Source: Octopus sinensis
Lineage: Eukaryota
Direction of reading: 5' to 3'
DNA: 64,000 nucleotides
NCBI RefSeq assembly: GCF_006345805.1
Contig: NC_043010.1
Location: forward strand, 24,552,001-24,616,000
The stretch's first letter is position 1, and each line of letters begins with the position of its first letter. The translations under genes were made by a program, and so were the position numbers. Below the pieces are notes generated by a model. That model was not told the DNA's origin. It ran no database searches and worked only from the letters and a program-made list of their open reading frames with translations. Of this stretch, positions 1-12,558 are shown piece by piece.

Positions 1-252
1 ACCTGCCCCAAAAGTCAGGGTACCCATGGTTTTCTTATGGGGTTTTTCTGTGAGCAGCCCTCAAACATCTCCTCCCTACTGAGGAACACGCATTGTTGAT
101 TTTTTTAAATGTTGTTAGTCTTGTTTACACGCAAAACCCTCATAACAACACATACTCACAAACATACACACACACACGCACACATTCTTTGTTTTGTCCT
201 GTGCTGTCCATGTTTTTCTTCATGTAAACCCTTGTGGTTAATAAAGAAATCC

Positions 253-329
<77 letters not shown>

Positions 330-332
<3 letters not shown>

Positions 333-1221
333 TAGTTTTATTTTTATAGCGTGCTATCACTTCACTACCGAGCGCAGCTCTGTGTGCCTTGGGTATGTGC
401 TGTGATTTGTTGTGATGCTCTGATGGTTATTGTATGGAAAGTGTTCTGCGTAGGATGTGTGCAGTGCCTAGTAGTGCAATTATTTGTATGTTATATGTGT
501 TTGTAAGTCCTGGTGTTTTTGTTATGTATTTGTCTGAATATTTTTTTATCATGCCTAATGCACCTACTATGATAGGAATTGTTTCTGTTTTCAGGTTCCA
601 CATTCTAGTTACCTCTATTTCCAGGTCTTTGTATTTTGAGAGTTTCTCCATTTATTTTAGAGGCACGTTGTCATCTGCCGGTATTGATACATCAATTAGA
701 AAGCATTTTTTTTCTTCATGATCTCTGACAACTATATCTGGTCTGTTGGCCTTAATTTCTCTATCTGTGTGTATCGGCATATCCCAGAGTATTGTTGCTT
801 TCTCGTTTTCTGTGACCTTTTCTGGCGTGTGCCTATACCATCTTTTTTCTGTTGTTATTCCATAATGTTGGCATAGCTTCCAATGTATGTAGGTTCCAAC
901 TCTGTCATGTCTGTGAATATATTCCTTCTTAGCCAGGACTGGGCAGCTAGAGATAATATGATTTATTGTTTCTTGTCCATCTCCACATATTCTGCAGTTA
1001 CTTGTAATATTTCTTTTCATTACATGTTTTTGGTAATTTCTGGTGGGGAGGCTTTGGTCTTGTGCTGCAATTAAAAATCCCTCTGTTTCTGCTTTGAGTC
1101 CTGAGCTTCTCAACCATTGCTGGGATTTTTCTTTGTCTATTTCTTTTGCGTTTAGTTTAGTGCAGTATTTACCATGAAGGAGCTTTTCTTGCCATCGTTT
1201 TATCATGGCTCGTTGCTGTTC
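330..1221 (-). mobile_element. 5'-truncated Dong/R4-clade non-LTR retrotransposon (CCHC finger + restriction-like endonuclease + 3' UTR)
   Basis: ORFs 652-1206 and 427-651 give WLRSSGLKAETEGFLIAAQDQ, CRICGDGQETINHIISSC, RHDRV, ANRPDIVV and KYKDLEIEV...GTAHILRR; (TAA)n on both sides on the element strand. Confidence 0.9.
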
Positions 1222-1270
1222 TATTTTATATTATTATTATTATTTATTATTATTATTGTTGTTATTATTA

Positions 1271-1310
<40 letters not shown>

Positions 1311-1816
1311 CATCATCATCATCATCATCATTATTACTGAAGACGTCACACCGTATCCAATGTTGTAATATTGTAGATTAAAGATATTGTGTGTACCGTG
1401 GATTTTTACTCTCTGCCGAATCACAACAAGGACCTCAGACACAGTACTTTACGCAGTATGCACGCAGTTCCAATTAGAGCCGATTTTGCAATACACCATG
1501 ATTGTAGAGTATTTCTAAAGTGTCCAGATGTTTCTTCAGGTAGAGTGATATTGAACCCAATGCTCCGATGTCTTATCCTCGAAGCTGCTACATCTTGGCG
1601 ATCTCATTTTGCAGGTTCCCATATTTGTCAATCATTTCTCTTTCTTTCATGATAACATGTTGAGATCCTGGCACTGCCACAATGATTATTAAGCTCTTTT
1701 GCTTGTCCCTCCTAAAGGTTACTATATCCAGCCTTCGGTGCTCTTATACCTTGTCTGTCTGGAAGTCCCAAGGCATCTTCGCCTTTCCGCTTTCATCCTT
1801 TACCTTTTCCGATGTA

Positions 1817-3097
1817 CGAGGGGCGTTCAATAAGTAATGCCCCTGACCCACTTGCCGTTGTTTGATCTAGCTGAAATTGTGCATGTGCTATTATTTATAT
1901 CTCTATAGAGTAAGTGGCAAATTACAGCTCTTAACTAATTGTGGTTTCTGATTTACAGGTGTTTGAACTGAGTTAAGTGTGAAATGGAGCTTGTTGAGTG
2001 TCGAGCAGTGATCTGGTTTTTGTATTTGAAAGGACGCACACCACGGGAGACTTTTGATGAAATGAAAGTAACTTATGGTGATGATGCCCCATCATATGAC
2101 CTTGTAAAACGCTGGCATCGTGAATTCAAACATGGTCGGAACTCGGTGGAAACAGCTTCCAGATCTGGTCGCCCCCCTTCTACAATTGATGAGGCATCTG
2201 TCCGTCAAGTTGAGGCTGCCATTTTGGAAGATCGACGCATAACTATTCGCCAAATAGCCCATGAGGTCAAGATTAGTACCGGATCTGTGGAAACTATCAT
2301 TCATGACCATTTGCATATGCAAAAGGTGTCTGCCAGATGGATTCCAAGGTTGCTCACACCTTTCCAGAAGCAAGAACGCGTCGAGTGCTCGAGGATGAAT
2401 TTGGAGATGTGCCAAGAAGATGAGTCAATATTTTTCAAAAGACTGATTACACAGGATGAAACCTGGGTCCATCACTATGATCCAGAGACCAAAGCCCAGT
2501 CAATGCAGTGGAAGCACCGTGACTCACCTCCTCCAAAGAAGGCAAGGGTGCAGCCCTCCGCTGGCAAGGTCATGCTCACAGTCTTCTGGGACCAGGACGG
2601 AGTATTGATAACAGATTTCCTGGCAAAGGGTACCACAATTACAGGAGCCTATTATGCTTCACTTTTGAGTAAATTAAGAGAATCTATCAAAATCAAGAGG
2701 CGGGGCAAGATCAGCAAAGAAATCCTCCTCCTGCAGGACAACGCTCCGGTCCACAACTCGCTTGTCGCTAGATCAGAAGCACAGGCGTGCGGCTATGAAC
2801 TCCTCCCCCATCCTGACCTTGCACCCTCTGATTTTCACCTCTTTCCATCCATGAAGTTGTTTTTGAAAGGAAAGCGTTTCCCAGATGATGCAGCCTTGAT
2901 TTCTGAAGTCACGTTGAGGCTGGAGGACCAAGCTGTGTTCTTCTACAAAAACGGTCTCCAGAGCCGCATCAAACGATGGGAGAAATGCGTAACTCTGGGT
3001 GGTTCCTATGTAGAGAAAGACTAATAACTGTACAAAGTTTCGTTGTTCTACTGATATGGGAAGTGGGTCAGGGGCATTACTTATTGAACGCCCCTCG
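1817..3097 (+). mobile_element. Full-length mariner DNA transposon (1281 bp)
   Basis: Perfect 37 bp TIRs cgaggggcgttcaataagtaatgcccctgacccactt at 1817-1853 and 3061-3097; TA duplication at 1815-1816 and 3098-3099. Confidence 0.97.
1984..3024 (+). CDS. Mariner transposase, 346 aa, open frame with a 4 aa deletion in the YSPDL motif
   Basis: N-terminal HTH, WIPRLLT (WVPREL equivalent), ITQDETWVHHY, LLQDNAPVH; HPDLAPSDFHLF in place of HPPYSPDLAPSD. Confidence 0.93.
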   Translation: MELVECRAVIWFLYLKGRTPRETFDEMKVTYGDDAPSYDLVKRWHREFKHGRNSVETASRSGRPPSTIDEASVRQVEAAILEDRRITIRQIAHEVKISTGSVETIIHDHLHMQKVSARWIPRLLTPFQKQERVECSRMNLEMCQEDESIFFKRLITQDETWVHHYDPETKAQSMQWKHRDSPPPKKARVQPSAGKVMLTVFWDQDGVLITDFLAKGTTITGAYYASLLSKLRESIKIKRRGKISKEILLLQDNAPVHNSLVARSEAQACGYELLPHPDLAPSDFHLFPSMKLFLKGKRFPDDAALISEVTLRLEDQAVFFYKNGLQSRIKRWEKCVTLGGSYVEKD

Positions 3098-3265
3098 TAA
3101 GTTGGTACCAAGCACCTGTTATTTATCGATACTTCTGGCATAGAGGCCAGTGAAAGTTATGGGCTACCTTGTCGTACCTGGGCTTGTACTCTTTCTGCGC
3201 AAGATTTTCACAAGCATTAATAATGTGAGTCATGTCTTCGACCTTATTATTCTTATTATCATATG

Positions 3266-4915
3266 GTTGGTTTTTGCTTTGTATTTGTACAAGTTGACTC
3301 CAATTCTCACCCAGAGACCTCAAGAGACAAGTTGGAAGTTCAAGTTGGTGTTATGCCTAGGGTGTCATATATTTGGTTTTGCACATAGTATTGTTCAAGA
3401 GAATGTTTAAGAAAACATAAGAAAATTATAAGTTTGTTTTAAAATTTAAGATTACATAGACAGTATTTTACGTAGGATATGGGCAGTTCCCACGAGCACT
3501 ATCTTTTGAATTAATTTCTGCCATTTGGGGGTTTCCTGATATCTGAGCTAGGTAGGAACCAACCCCTTTTACTATCATTCCTAGGGCACCTATGACAACA
3601 GGTATTGTTTTAATCTTCAAGTTCCTTTGTTAGCCAATTTCTATTTCAAGATCTTTATATTTGCTCAGTTTTTGGTAGGTCTTGACAGATATATTTATGT
3701 CGATTGGGACAGTCATATCAATGAGGCAGCATGATTTTTGTCTGAAGTCTTTCAATATATTCTCTTGCTTTTTGCATCTATCTTTCGGTCAGTTTGAACG
3801 GTGACGTTCCAGAGGAGTGAAATGTGATCATTCTCAAGCACTTTTATCATGTGGCAGGTCCAAGTTTTTGAAAATTACCCAGTGAATATACTGTGCTGCT
3901 CTATCATGCCTCTTGAGATACTCTGTAGGCGCAAGAAGACTGCACTTGGAGACAACATGATCAATGATTTCATTTTGTTGTTGACATACACGACATGTTG
4001 GGCTACTGCCGTTCTTTAATATGTCGGCCTGGTAGTTCCTTGTAGGTAGGCATTGACCTTGAGCTGCTATGATAAACCCTTCTGTTTCAGATTTTAAGCC
4101 AGAGACCATTAGCCATTGATGGGTAAGGGCTTTGTCAACATCTACATTATTTGTTCTCTTTGGGTATTTGCCATTGAGAGGTTTTTCTTGCCATTTATCA
4201 TTCAGAATATCTAAGGCGGCAGTTTTAGCACGGGTTTTCATGCGCTTAGCTTTTTCTGTGCTTATTTCTTGTATATCTAATTCCGAAATTTGTTGTATTC
4301 GGAATTCACTTAGATATTCCTTTGCCTGTTTTGTTACTGAGTATGATGCTTTCTTGTTTTCATGCTTTAAGACAGGTTTTAACATCCAGTCCTCAGAGTT
4401 TTTCAGGTAGGTGTCTAGGCCAATTGTGGCAATCTTCATTGTTAATTCCAGTAGTAAAAGTCCACGGCCACCCTCTTTTCTTGGCAGATAAAGTCGTTCT
4501 ATATCTGCCTTAGGGTGGTGCAGTCTATGCATTGTCAACAATTTTCGTGTTTTACTGTCAAGATTGCATATTTCATTAATTGACCAGTTAATGATATTGA
4601 AACTGTAAGTCACGACTGGTTTGGCTAAAGTATTGATCGCTTCGATCCTTTTTCTTTCTTTTTTTTTGCATTCAGCTGTCTTGAGTATTGCTCTCACCCT
4701 GCGATAACATTCTCTTCTGATCCTTTCCCTCATCATTGAATGTTTGATTCCATAACCTTCAACTACCACTAGCTATTTGTAGCTCTCCGCTGGCTCTAAT
4801 TCCTTTATGACATTCTGCTGGTCAAGGTTAACGTTAGATGTTTCTGTCAATTTTCCTTTGATAAAGGTCGCCTTTGCACATTTATCGAGGCCAAATTGCA
4901 TCCTCATGTCATCAC
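3266..4915 (-). mobile_element. Dong/R4 LINE fragment (RT C-terminus to 3' UTR)
   Basis: ORF 3834-4769: INTLAKPVVTYSF, RLYLPRKEGGRGL, GLKSETEGFIIAAQ, CRVC...HVVSKC; upstream DDMRMQFGLDKCA; downstream KYKDLEIE...GTAHILRK with stops. Confidence 0.9.
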
Positions 4916-5227
4916 AGAATTGCTAGTAAGCCCTGTAATTGTTGGTCACTTTTTGCAAATAATAATCCATGTCAAATAGATTATTTATATTTTTATCATA
5001 CATTTTACAGCCATACTGTATATCATCGAGCAATTTCGAGAAAGGTATTAAGGCTAGACATAAGAGCATTGTTGAGAGAGAGTTACTCTGGAAAACGCCA
5101 CATGAAATTCTTACAACTCCAGCATTCAGAGATTCATTGCCACTGATCAAAGTCAGTGTGGTTCTCCATGATCTCATACTTACAGACAAGAGGTCTCAGA
5201 GGGTTTCTTTCCAAAATTATTATTATT

Positions 5228-5439
5228 AGCGGTGAACTAGTAGAATTGCTAGCAAGCTGGACGAAATGCTTAGCAGTATTTCGCCTGTCGCTATGTTCTG
5301 AGTTCAATTTCTGCTGAGGTTGACTTTACCCTTCATCCTTTCAAGGTCGATAAAATAAGTACCAGTTGAACACTGGGGTCGATGTAATCTACTTAACCCG
5401 TCCCCAAAAGTTTCTGCCCTACTGGAAAAATTTGGACCC

Positions 5440-5440
<1 letters not shown>
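5228..5440 (+). mobile_element. tRNA-derived SINE, family A
   Basis: B-box-like gagttcaatttc followed by the family core gactttacccttcatcctttcaaggtcgataaaataagtaccag, repeated many times in the window. Confidence 0.8.
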
Positions 5441-5522
<82 letters not shown>

Positions 5523-5543
5523 CATTATTATTATTATTATTAC

Positions 5544-6088
5544 TGAGTGGGAGAGCAGCGCATGTCATCAATGTATATATAAACGAAGCCCAATATACCC
5601 ATCATTACTACCCGTCTGATAAGAGTTCACCAGGCACATATAGCACAACAATATGTGCGTGACATGGTGGTCTCATATCAAGATAAACAGCATATGACCT
5701 CGCAGGAGGGGCCCAATTAGAATTTTCTTCAGGTGAATAGCCCATTCCTCTCAAAAGGTCCCTGAATAAGGATTGTTTAAGGATGTTGAACGAACCACCC
5801 ATGTTTCCAAAGGTGAGTTATCTAAACACCAAAAATTCCTCTCAACACATGGCTATGATGCTTCCCCACTACTTCTGCTTGTGATCAGAGATGCACATAT
5901 TGTCAGCCACCAAGGGACGTGCTCAACTGGTTAAGGTCAAACAACTGACAAGCAAATCCGTGGTATTGAGCAGAATATTTGCTGTAGCCCATCTTTTATA
6001 CCAAGACAAAACAATGTACATGATAACACTTCCAATCAGTTAAGATCAGAAGCTATGAGACCCACCGTCTTGTATTGCACCAGGACAT
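5544..6088 (-). mobile_element. ~550 bp non-coding (TAA)n-embedded repeat, copy 1 (more diverged)
   Basis: Homologous to 7189-7745, 8811-9367 and the inverted copy 12155-12558; TTA tracts on both sides. Confidence 0.75.
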
Positions 6089-6168
6089 ATGATTATTACT
6101 ATTATTATTATTACTAATTATTATTATTATTATTATTATTATTATTTATTATTATTATTATTATTATT

Positions 6169-6242
<74 letters not shown>

Positions 6243-6271
6243 CATCATCATCATCATCATCATTATTATTA

Positions 6272-7162
6272 TTTTCTTTCTCACTTCAAATTTTCTTCCA
6301 TTTCTCGCGAAGTGTTTTCCGTACACCTAGGGCAGAGAAGCTCATTGTATGCATTCCCAGATTACACACGCAAATTCACAGGTAAAATATGTATTTAAAA
6401 ATTAATAAATAAATAAATTCATGAATGGATGTTGTTTTCACAACGATAAATGATCTTCTCAGTACATGAGTCGTTCCAGTTAACACGATTTTTTGCACTT
6501 CCTGTAGGGATGGTAAGCCTGGCATCATTTTCAAACAGGTTTCAGTACTTTTTTTTTTATCATTCCTAGAGATCCTACATGCCACATTTTTTATCATTCC
6601 TAGAAATCCTACATGCCACATTTTTTTCAATTTCTATATGCTAGTCTTTATATTTACTTATCTTGTCAAATTTTTTCGCCTCTATATTGTGATCACAAGG
6701 AATACTCATGTCAATTAATAAACACCCCTTTTTGTCTGATCTTCTATAATAATATCCGGTTTTTTAGCTTTTATAGATTTGTAGGTATGTACGGGGATGT
6801 CCCAGAGAATCGGCACATTCAGGATGGGTGTTTATACACAGCTTCAGGATGGGTGTTTATACCATTTGTCAGCGGTTTTGATTTTATAATGCCGACATAT
6901 TGTCCAGTATAAATATTGGCCGATTCTGTCATGTCTTGCTTTATATTCTACAGGTGCTAAGACTCTACACCCTGAGATTAGGTGGTCTATAATTTCAATC
7001 TCATCGTTACAGAATCGGAATTTTGGGTCAGCTCCGTTTCTTTTCACATTGGCTTGGTAGTTCCGGGCTAATAAGCTTTGGTCTTGAGTAGCTAATATGA
7101 AACCTTCACTCTCTGTTTTTAGCCCTGAGCTTCGTAACCATTGATGCGTGTGTTTCTGGTCG
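6272..7162 (-). mobile_element. Dong/R4 3' fragment, tandem copy A
   Basis: WLRSSGLKTESEGFILATQDQ...RHDRIGQYLYW and VQKIVLTGTTHVLRR; internal deletions and short duplications. Confidence 0.88.
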
Positions 7163-7188
7163 ATTATTATCATTATTATTATTATTAT

Positions 7189-7745
7189 TGAGTGAGAGAG
7201 CAGTGCATGCCATCAAAGTGACACTGGGGTAAAATATACGAAGCCCAATATACCCATCATGACTACCCGTCTGATAAAGGTACACCAGGCACATGCATCA
7301 CAACCATATGTGCGCGACATGGTGATCACATATCAAGATAAACAGCACATGACCTTGCAGGTGGGGCCCAGTTAGAATTTTCTTCAGGTTGAGTAGCCCA
7401 TCCCGCTCAAACGGTCCCTGAATAAGGGTTGTTTAAGGATGTTGAAAGAACCACCCATGTTTCCAGAGGTGAATTATTCAAACCCCAAAGAATCCCTCTC
7501 AACACATGGCTATGATGCTCCCCCACTACTTCTGCTCGTGATCAGAGATGCACATATCGTCAGCCACTAAGGGACATGCTCAACTGGTTACGGTCAAACA
7601 ACTGACAAGCAAATCTGTGGTATTGAGCAGAATATTTGCTGTAGCCCATCTTTTATACCAAGACAAAACAATGTACATGATAACACTTCCAATCAGTTAA
7701 GATCAGAAGCCATGAGAGCCACTGCCTGGTACTGCATCAGGGCAT
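7189..7745 (-). mobile_element. ~550 bp (TAA)n-embedded repeat, copy 2
   Basis: Near-identical to 8811-9367. Confidence 0.8.
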
Positions 7746-7811
7746 TTATTATTATTATTATTATTATATTATTATTATTATATTATTATTGTTGTTGTTG
7801 TTGTGTTGTTG

Positions 7812-7846
<35 letters not shown>

Positions 7847-7887
7847 TATTATTATTATTATCATCATCATCATCATCATTATTATTA

Positions 7888-8778
7888 TTTTCTTTCTCAC
7901 TTCAAATTTTCTTCCATTTCTCGCGAAGTGTTTTCCGTACACCTAGGGCAGAGAAGCTCATTGTATGCATTCCCAGATTACACACGCAAATTCACAGGTA
8001 AAATATGTATTTAAAAATTAATAAATAAATAAATTCATGAATGGATGTTGTTTTCACAACGATAAATGATCTTCTCAGTACATGAGTCGTTCCAGTTAAC
8101 ACGATTTTTTGCACTTCCTGTAGGGATGGTAAGCCTGGCATCATTTTCAAACAGGTTTCAGTACTTTTTTTTTTATCATTCCTAGAGATCCTACATGCCA
8201 CATTTTTTATCATTCCTAGAAATCCTACATGCCACATTTTTTTCAATTTCTATATGCTAGTCTTTATATTTACTTATCTTGTCAAATTTTTTCGCCTCTA
8301 TATTGTGATCACAAGGAATACTCATGTCAATTAATAAACACCCCTTTTTGTCTGATCTTCTATAATAATATCCGGTTTTTTAGCTTTTATAGATTTGTAG
8401 GTATGTACGGGGATGTCCCAGAGAATCGGCACATTCAGGATGGGTGTTTATACACAGCTTCAGGATGGGTGTTTATACCATTTGTCAGCGGTTTTGATTT
8501 TATAATGCCGACATATTGTCCAGTATAAATATTGGCCGATTCTGTCATGTCTTGCTTTATATTCTACAGGTGCTAAGACTCTACACCCTGAGATTAGGTG
8601 GTCTATAATTTCAATCTCATCGTTACAGAATCGGAATTTTGGGTCAGCTCCGTTTCTTTTCACATTGGCTTGGTAGTTCCGGGCTAATAAGCTTTGGTCT
8701 TGAGTAGCTAATATGAAACCTTCACTCTCTGTTTTTAGCCCTGAGCTTCGTAACCATTGATGCGTGTGTTTCTGGTCG
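7888..8778 (-). mobile_element. Dong/R4 3' fragment, tandem copy B
   Basis: Translations identical to copy A, offset 1616 bp. Confidence 0.88.
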
Positions 8779-8810
8779 ATTATTATCATTATTATTATTA
8801 TTATTATTAT

Positions 8811-9365
8811 TGAGTGAGAGAGCAGTGCATGCCATCAAAGTGACACTGGGGTAAAATATACGAAGCCCAATATACCCATCATGACTACCCGTCTGATAAA
8901 GGTACACCAGGCACATGCATCACAACCATATGTGCGCGACATGGTGATCACATATCAAGATAAACAGCACATGACCTTGCAGGTGGGGCCCAGTTAGAAT
9001 TTTCTTCAGGTTGAGTAGCCCATCCCGCTCAAACGGTCCCTGAATAAGGGTTGTTTAAGGATGTTGAAAGAACCACCCATGTTTCCAGAGGTGAATTATT
9101 CAAACCCCAAAGAATCCCCCTCAACACATGGCTATGATGCTCCCCCACTACTTCTGCTCGTGATCAGAGATGCACATATCGTCAGCCACTAAGGGACATG
9201 CTCAACTGGTTACGGTCAAACAACTGACAAGCAAATCTGTGGTATTGAGCAGAATATTTGCTGTAGCCCATCTTTTATACCAAGACAAAACAATGTACAT
9301 GATAACACTTCCAATCAGTTAAGATCAGAAGCCATGAGAGCCACTGCCTGGTACTGCATCAGGGC

Positions 9366-9367
<2 letters not shown>
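8811..9367 (-). mobile_element. ~550 bp (TAA)n-embedded repeat, copy 3
   Basis: Near-identical to 7189-7745. Confidence 0.8.
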
Positions 9368-9400
<33 letters not shown>

Positions 9401-9422
9401 TATTATTATTATTATTATTATT

Positions 9423-9458
<36 letters not shown>

Positions 9459-9930
9459 ATTATGATAGCTAGCAGAATACTTAGCACGCCGAAGTCGATT
9501 TTGTTTTTCATCCTGTCGGGGTTTATAAATTTAGTACCAGTGAAACACTGGGGTCGATTAGTCCCCTCCCCCAAAATTTCGGGCCTTGTATCTTTAACTG
9601 AAAGGATTGTTGTTATTGTTGTTGTTGTGGTAGTGGTGGTGATGGTGGTTTCAATTCGGGCCGAGGCCAGCTTTGCTTTTCCTACCGTATCGATAAGAAT
9701 ATCAGTTAATATACCCACCCCTCAAAATTGCCGGCCTCGAGCTAAAATTCGAAAGAATTATTATTAATGTTGTTGATGGTGTTGTTGTTGTTGTTTTTAT
9801 CATCCTTATCGCCGTTACGTATCATATGCGCTTACAATTGTAGCTTCTGACTTTTTGTTAACTTCGAACCAAATTTCTTGCTTCTTTACAGAATGAAAGA
9901 ATGGGTGGACGAATTTGCCAAAGAAAAGAA

Positions 9931-9986
<56 letters not shown>

Positions 9987-10410
9987 GACAACCAAACAAA
10001 AAATAATAAATAATCCAAAGCGAGAATTCTCTCGAATTAATAAAATATTATATTTTCATGTTGATTTGTGCCAAAGTTGTTAGTAGGAAATGGCCCACAA
10101 TGCTGGACTGTGTCACTCTAAGCGTCTTGAGACAACAAATTTTTGGCTCCCGTTATAAGTACAGTTATTTGTAGATTTCCGGAAAAGATATTTTCCGTGC
10201 CAAACAGGTGACAGATGGATTCTATAAATCTTTTTCGATGACAACACTTTCTAAAAAGCTAATTAAATTAAGAAAATAATATTTTTTTGATTATCTGTCG
10301 CACGCGCTTCTGAGTAACGCGTTTACCTTCGTTTTATATTTTTGTTCTTTTTTTAAAACATTTGTTAAGTGTTGTAGCATAGTGAATACTATAAACAATT
10401 TTGACTAATA

Positions 10411-11294
10411 CGAGGTCTGATCAATAAGTATCCGGGCTGTTGCCATAGTAACGAAGCTAAAGCACGCAGAGTAAAGCTGCTTGGCAAAAATTGACCTTAA
10501 TCTCTGCGGTGCATGCGCACAAAAATTTAACTCTCTAACTTACTTCTGCTGTTTACAGCAGTACTTGGAAGGAAGATGTGTCGCGTGTGATCGTCGCATT
10601 GACCATGACAGAGAAAGTTGTCATGGCGATACCTGCTCAGAGGCCTAAACAAAGTAACAGAAAATGTATGAAGAGGAGTGTATGAGCTACACACAAGTGA
10701 ACACGAGGTTCAGACGTTACCAAAATGGCCGAAAAAATGTCGATATTGACGAACGTTCTGAGAGACACGCAACCAATAGAACTGAGAAAAATATCACAGA
10801 TGTGTGTGCAGCTGTGAGAGGAAATCATCCGTGAGTTATATGAGTGTGTGCAGATTAGTTACGGCTCAGTTTAGTCCATTATCACTGAAGATTTGGGTAT
10901 GAGACGCGTGTCTGCCAAGTTTATGCTAAAACTGCTTTCAGCTGACCAAAAAGACACTCAGATTTCAGTTGCACAAGATCTCCTTGATTGCGTCAAGAAC
11001 GATGAAAACTTTTTGAAAACTTTGTGTCGCCCTCTGAGCAGGTATCTCCAAGCTTTTGGCAAAATGTGATCCAGATTCTCTGCTCAACGTTCTCTGCCAC
11101 GGTCAATGCGACGATCACACGCTACACATCTTCCTTCGAAGCAGTGTTGTAAACATCGGAAGTGAGCTAGGACGTTAAAACTTAGTGCAAAGGCACAGCA
11201 AAATTCACGGTCAATCTGTGCCAAGCGGTTTCACTCTACATGCTTTAGCATCATTATTATGACAACAGTCCGGATATTTATTGATTAGACCACG
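10411..11294 (+). mobile_element. Non-autonomous mariner derivative made of two inverted left ends (884 bp)
   Basis: TA-flanked imperfect TIRs cgaggtctgatcaataagtatccgg / ccggatatttattgattagaccacg; internal transposase N-terminus (...EDLGMRRVSAKFMLKLLS...); the right ~260 bp is the reverse complement of the left end, including the transposase start. Confidence 0.85.
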
Positions 11295-12154
11295 TACATG
11301 AACGTGCAAACCTCTAGTATATGGACACATGCATTCCTGCATACATATAAATTAGATAGATGATGGAAAAATGGAATGAACGACATTTTGTATTCAAAAT
11401 AACTACAATTGTTTTCACTCATTTTACACCCGTAGTGCATTGGTGAAATGTGTTACCATTATCAGGTATCTAAAATTACAAAATGCGCCTTCTCGAGTGA
11501 TTGTTTAGATAAGTCATTTGTTCGATCCTGACGTCATTTTACTCAGTGTGAGAATGTATACTCAAAATGGAGTGTCATTTTAAGCAGTTTAGAAACAAGG
11601 CTAAACCCATTGATATGGCGACAGACAAAATATAAAATATATAAATAAATAAATTGACTATAAATTATAGTTGACTATAAATTATAATTCTATCTTCATG
11701 GCCAGATTATAAGAAAGAAAGGGCAAAACGGAATTAAGAATAAAACGAAGAAAAAATTAAGCATTTAGAGATAATAAGGTGATAAAGTGCTTACGGCTGA
11801 CCATTTCAGTACTTATCAACTGTTTCTTTGTTTCTGTGAATGATCTAAATTACCCTCTGGTTCTCACCACAAAATAGATATGCAATGTATATGTATATGT
11901 GTGTGGGTTTGTGTATGTATGTATACACGATGGGTTTCTTCCAGTTCCCGTCTACAAAATTCACTCACAAGGCTTTGATCGGGTCGGAGTTATAGTATCA
12001 GGTCATCCAATAAGTTCTGTCCGGTTTTACCTTTTTTTAAATTGAATGAAATTTAATAGTATTTTAAAATGTCTAATGGAATTAAAAATTATTTTTATTC
12101 ATTTGTGTACATTTAAACTAATTAATTATTTTACAGAATAATAGAATTAAAATT

Positions 12155-12558
12155 GCTGCAGCAAATATTCTGCTCAATACCACGGATTTGCTTGTCAGTT
12201 GTTTGACCTTAACCAGTTGACTATGTCCCTTAGTGGCTGACGGTATGTGCATCTCTGATCATGACCAGAAGTAGTGGGGGAGCATCATAGCCGTGTGTTG
12301 AAAGGAATTCTTAGAGGTTTGGATAATTCACATCTGGAAACATGGGTGTTTTGTACATCCTTAAACAATCCTTATCGAGGGACCTTTTGAGAGGGATGGG
12401 TTACTCGACCCGCAAGGTCATGTGCTACTTATCTTGATCAGCATGTCGCGCACATATGGTTGTGATGCATGTGCCTAGTGTACCCTTATCAGACGGATAG
12501 TCATGATGGGTATACTGGGCTTCGTATATTTTACCCCAGTGTCGCTTTGATGACACTC
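12155..12558 (+). mobile_element. 5'-truncated copy 4 of the ~550 bp element, with a degenerate (TAA)n tail
   Basis: Reverse complement of most of 7189-7745; ends cactc-aataatcataacaataatgat. Confidence 0.8.

Larger units (their letters stand above)
1337..3243 (-). mobile_element. Decayed Dong/R4 3' fragment interrupted by a mariner
   Basis: HIINACENLAQKEYKPRYDKVAHNFHW (3123-3323) continues across the mariner TA site into WYQLTSEKVKDESGKAKMPWDFQTDK and later IGALGSISLYLKKHL, then after a frameshift SALIGTACILRKVL. Confidence 0.85.
6272..9367. repeat. Tandem duplication of a ~1.62 kb unit (Dong fragment + 550 bp element)
   Basis: ORFs repeat at 1616-1622 bp offsets with identical proteins; mainly the TTA tract lengths differ. 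Confidence 0.9.
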
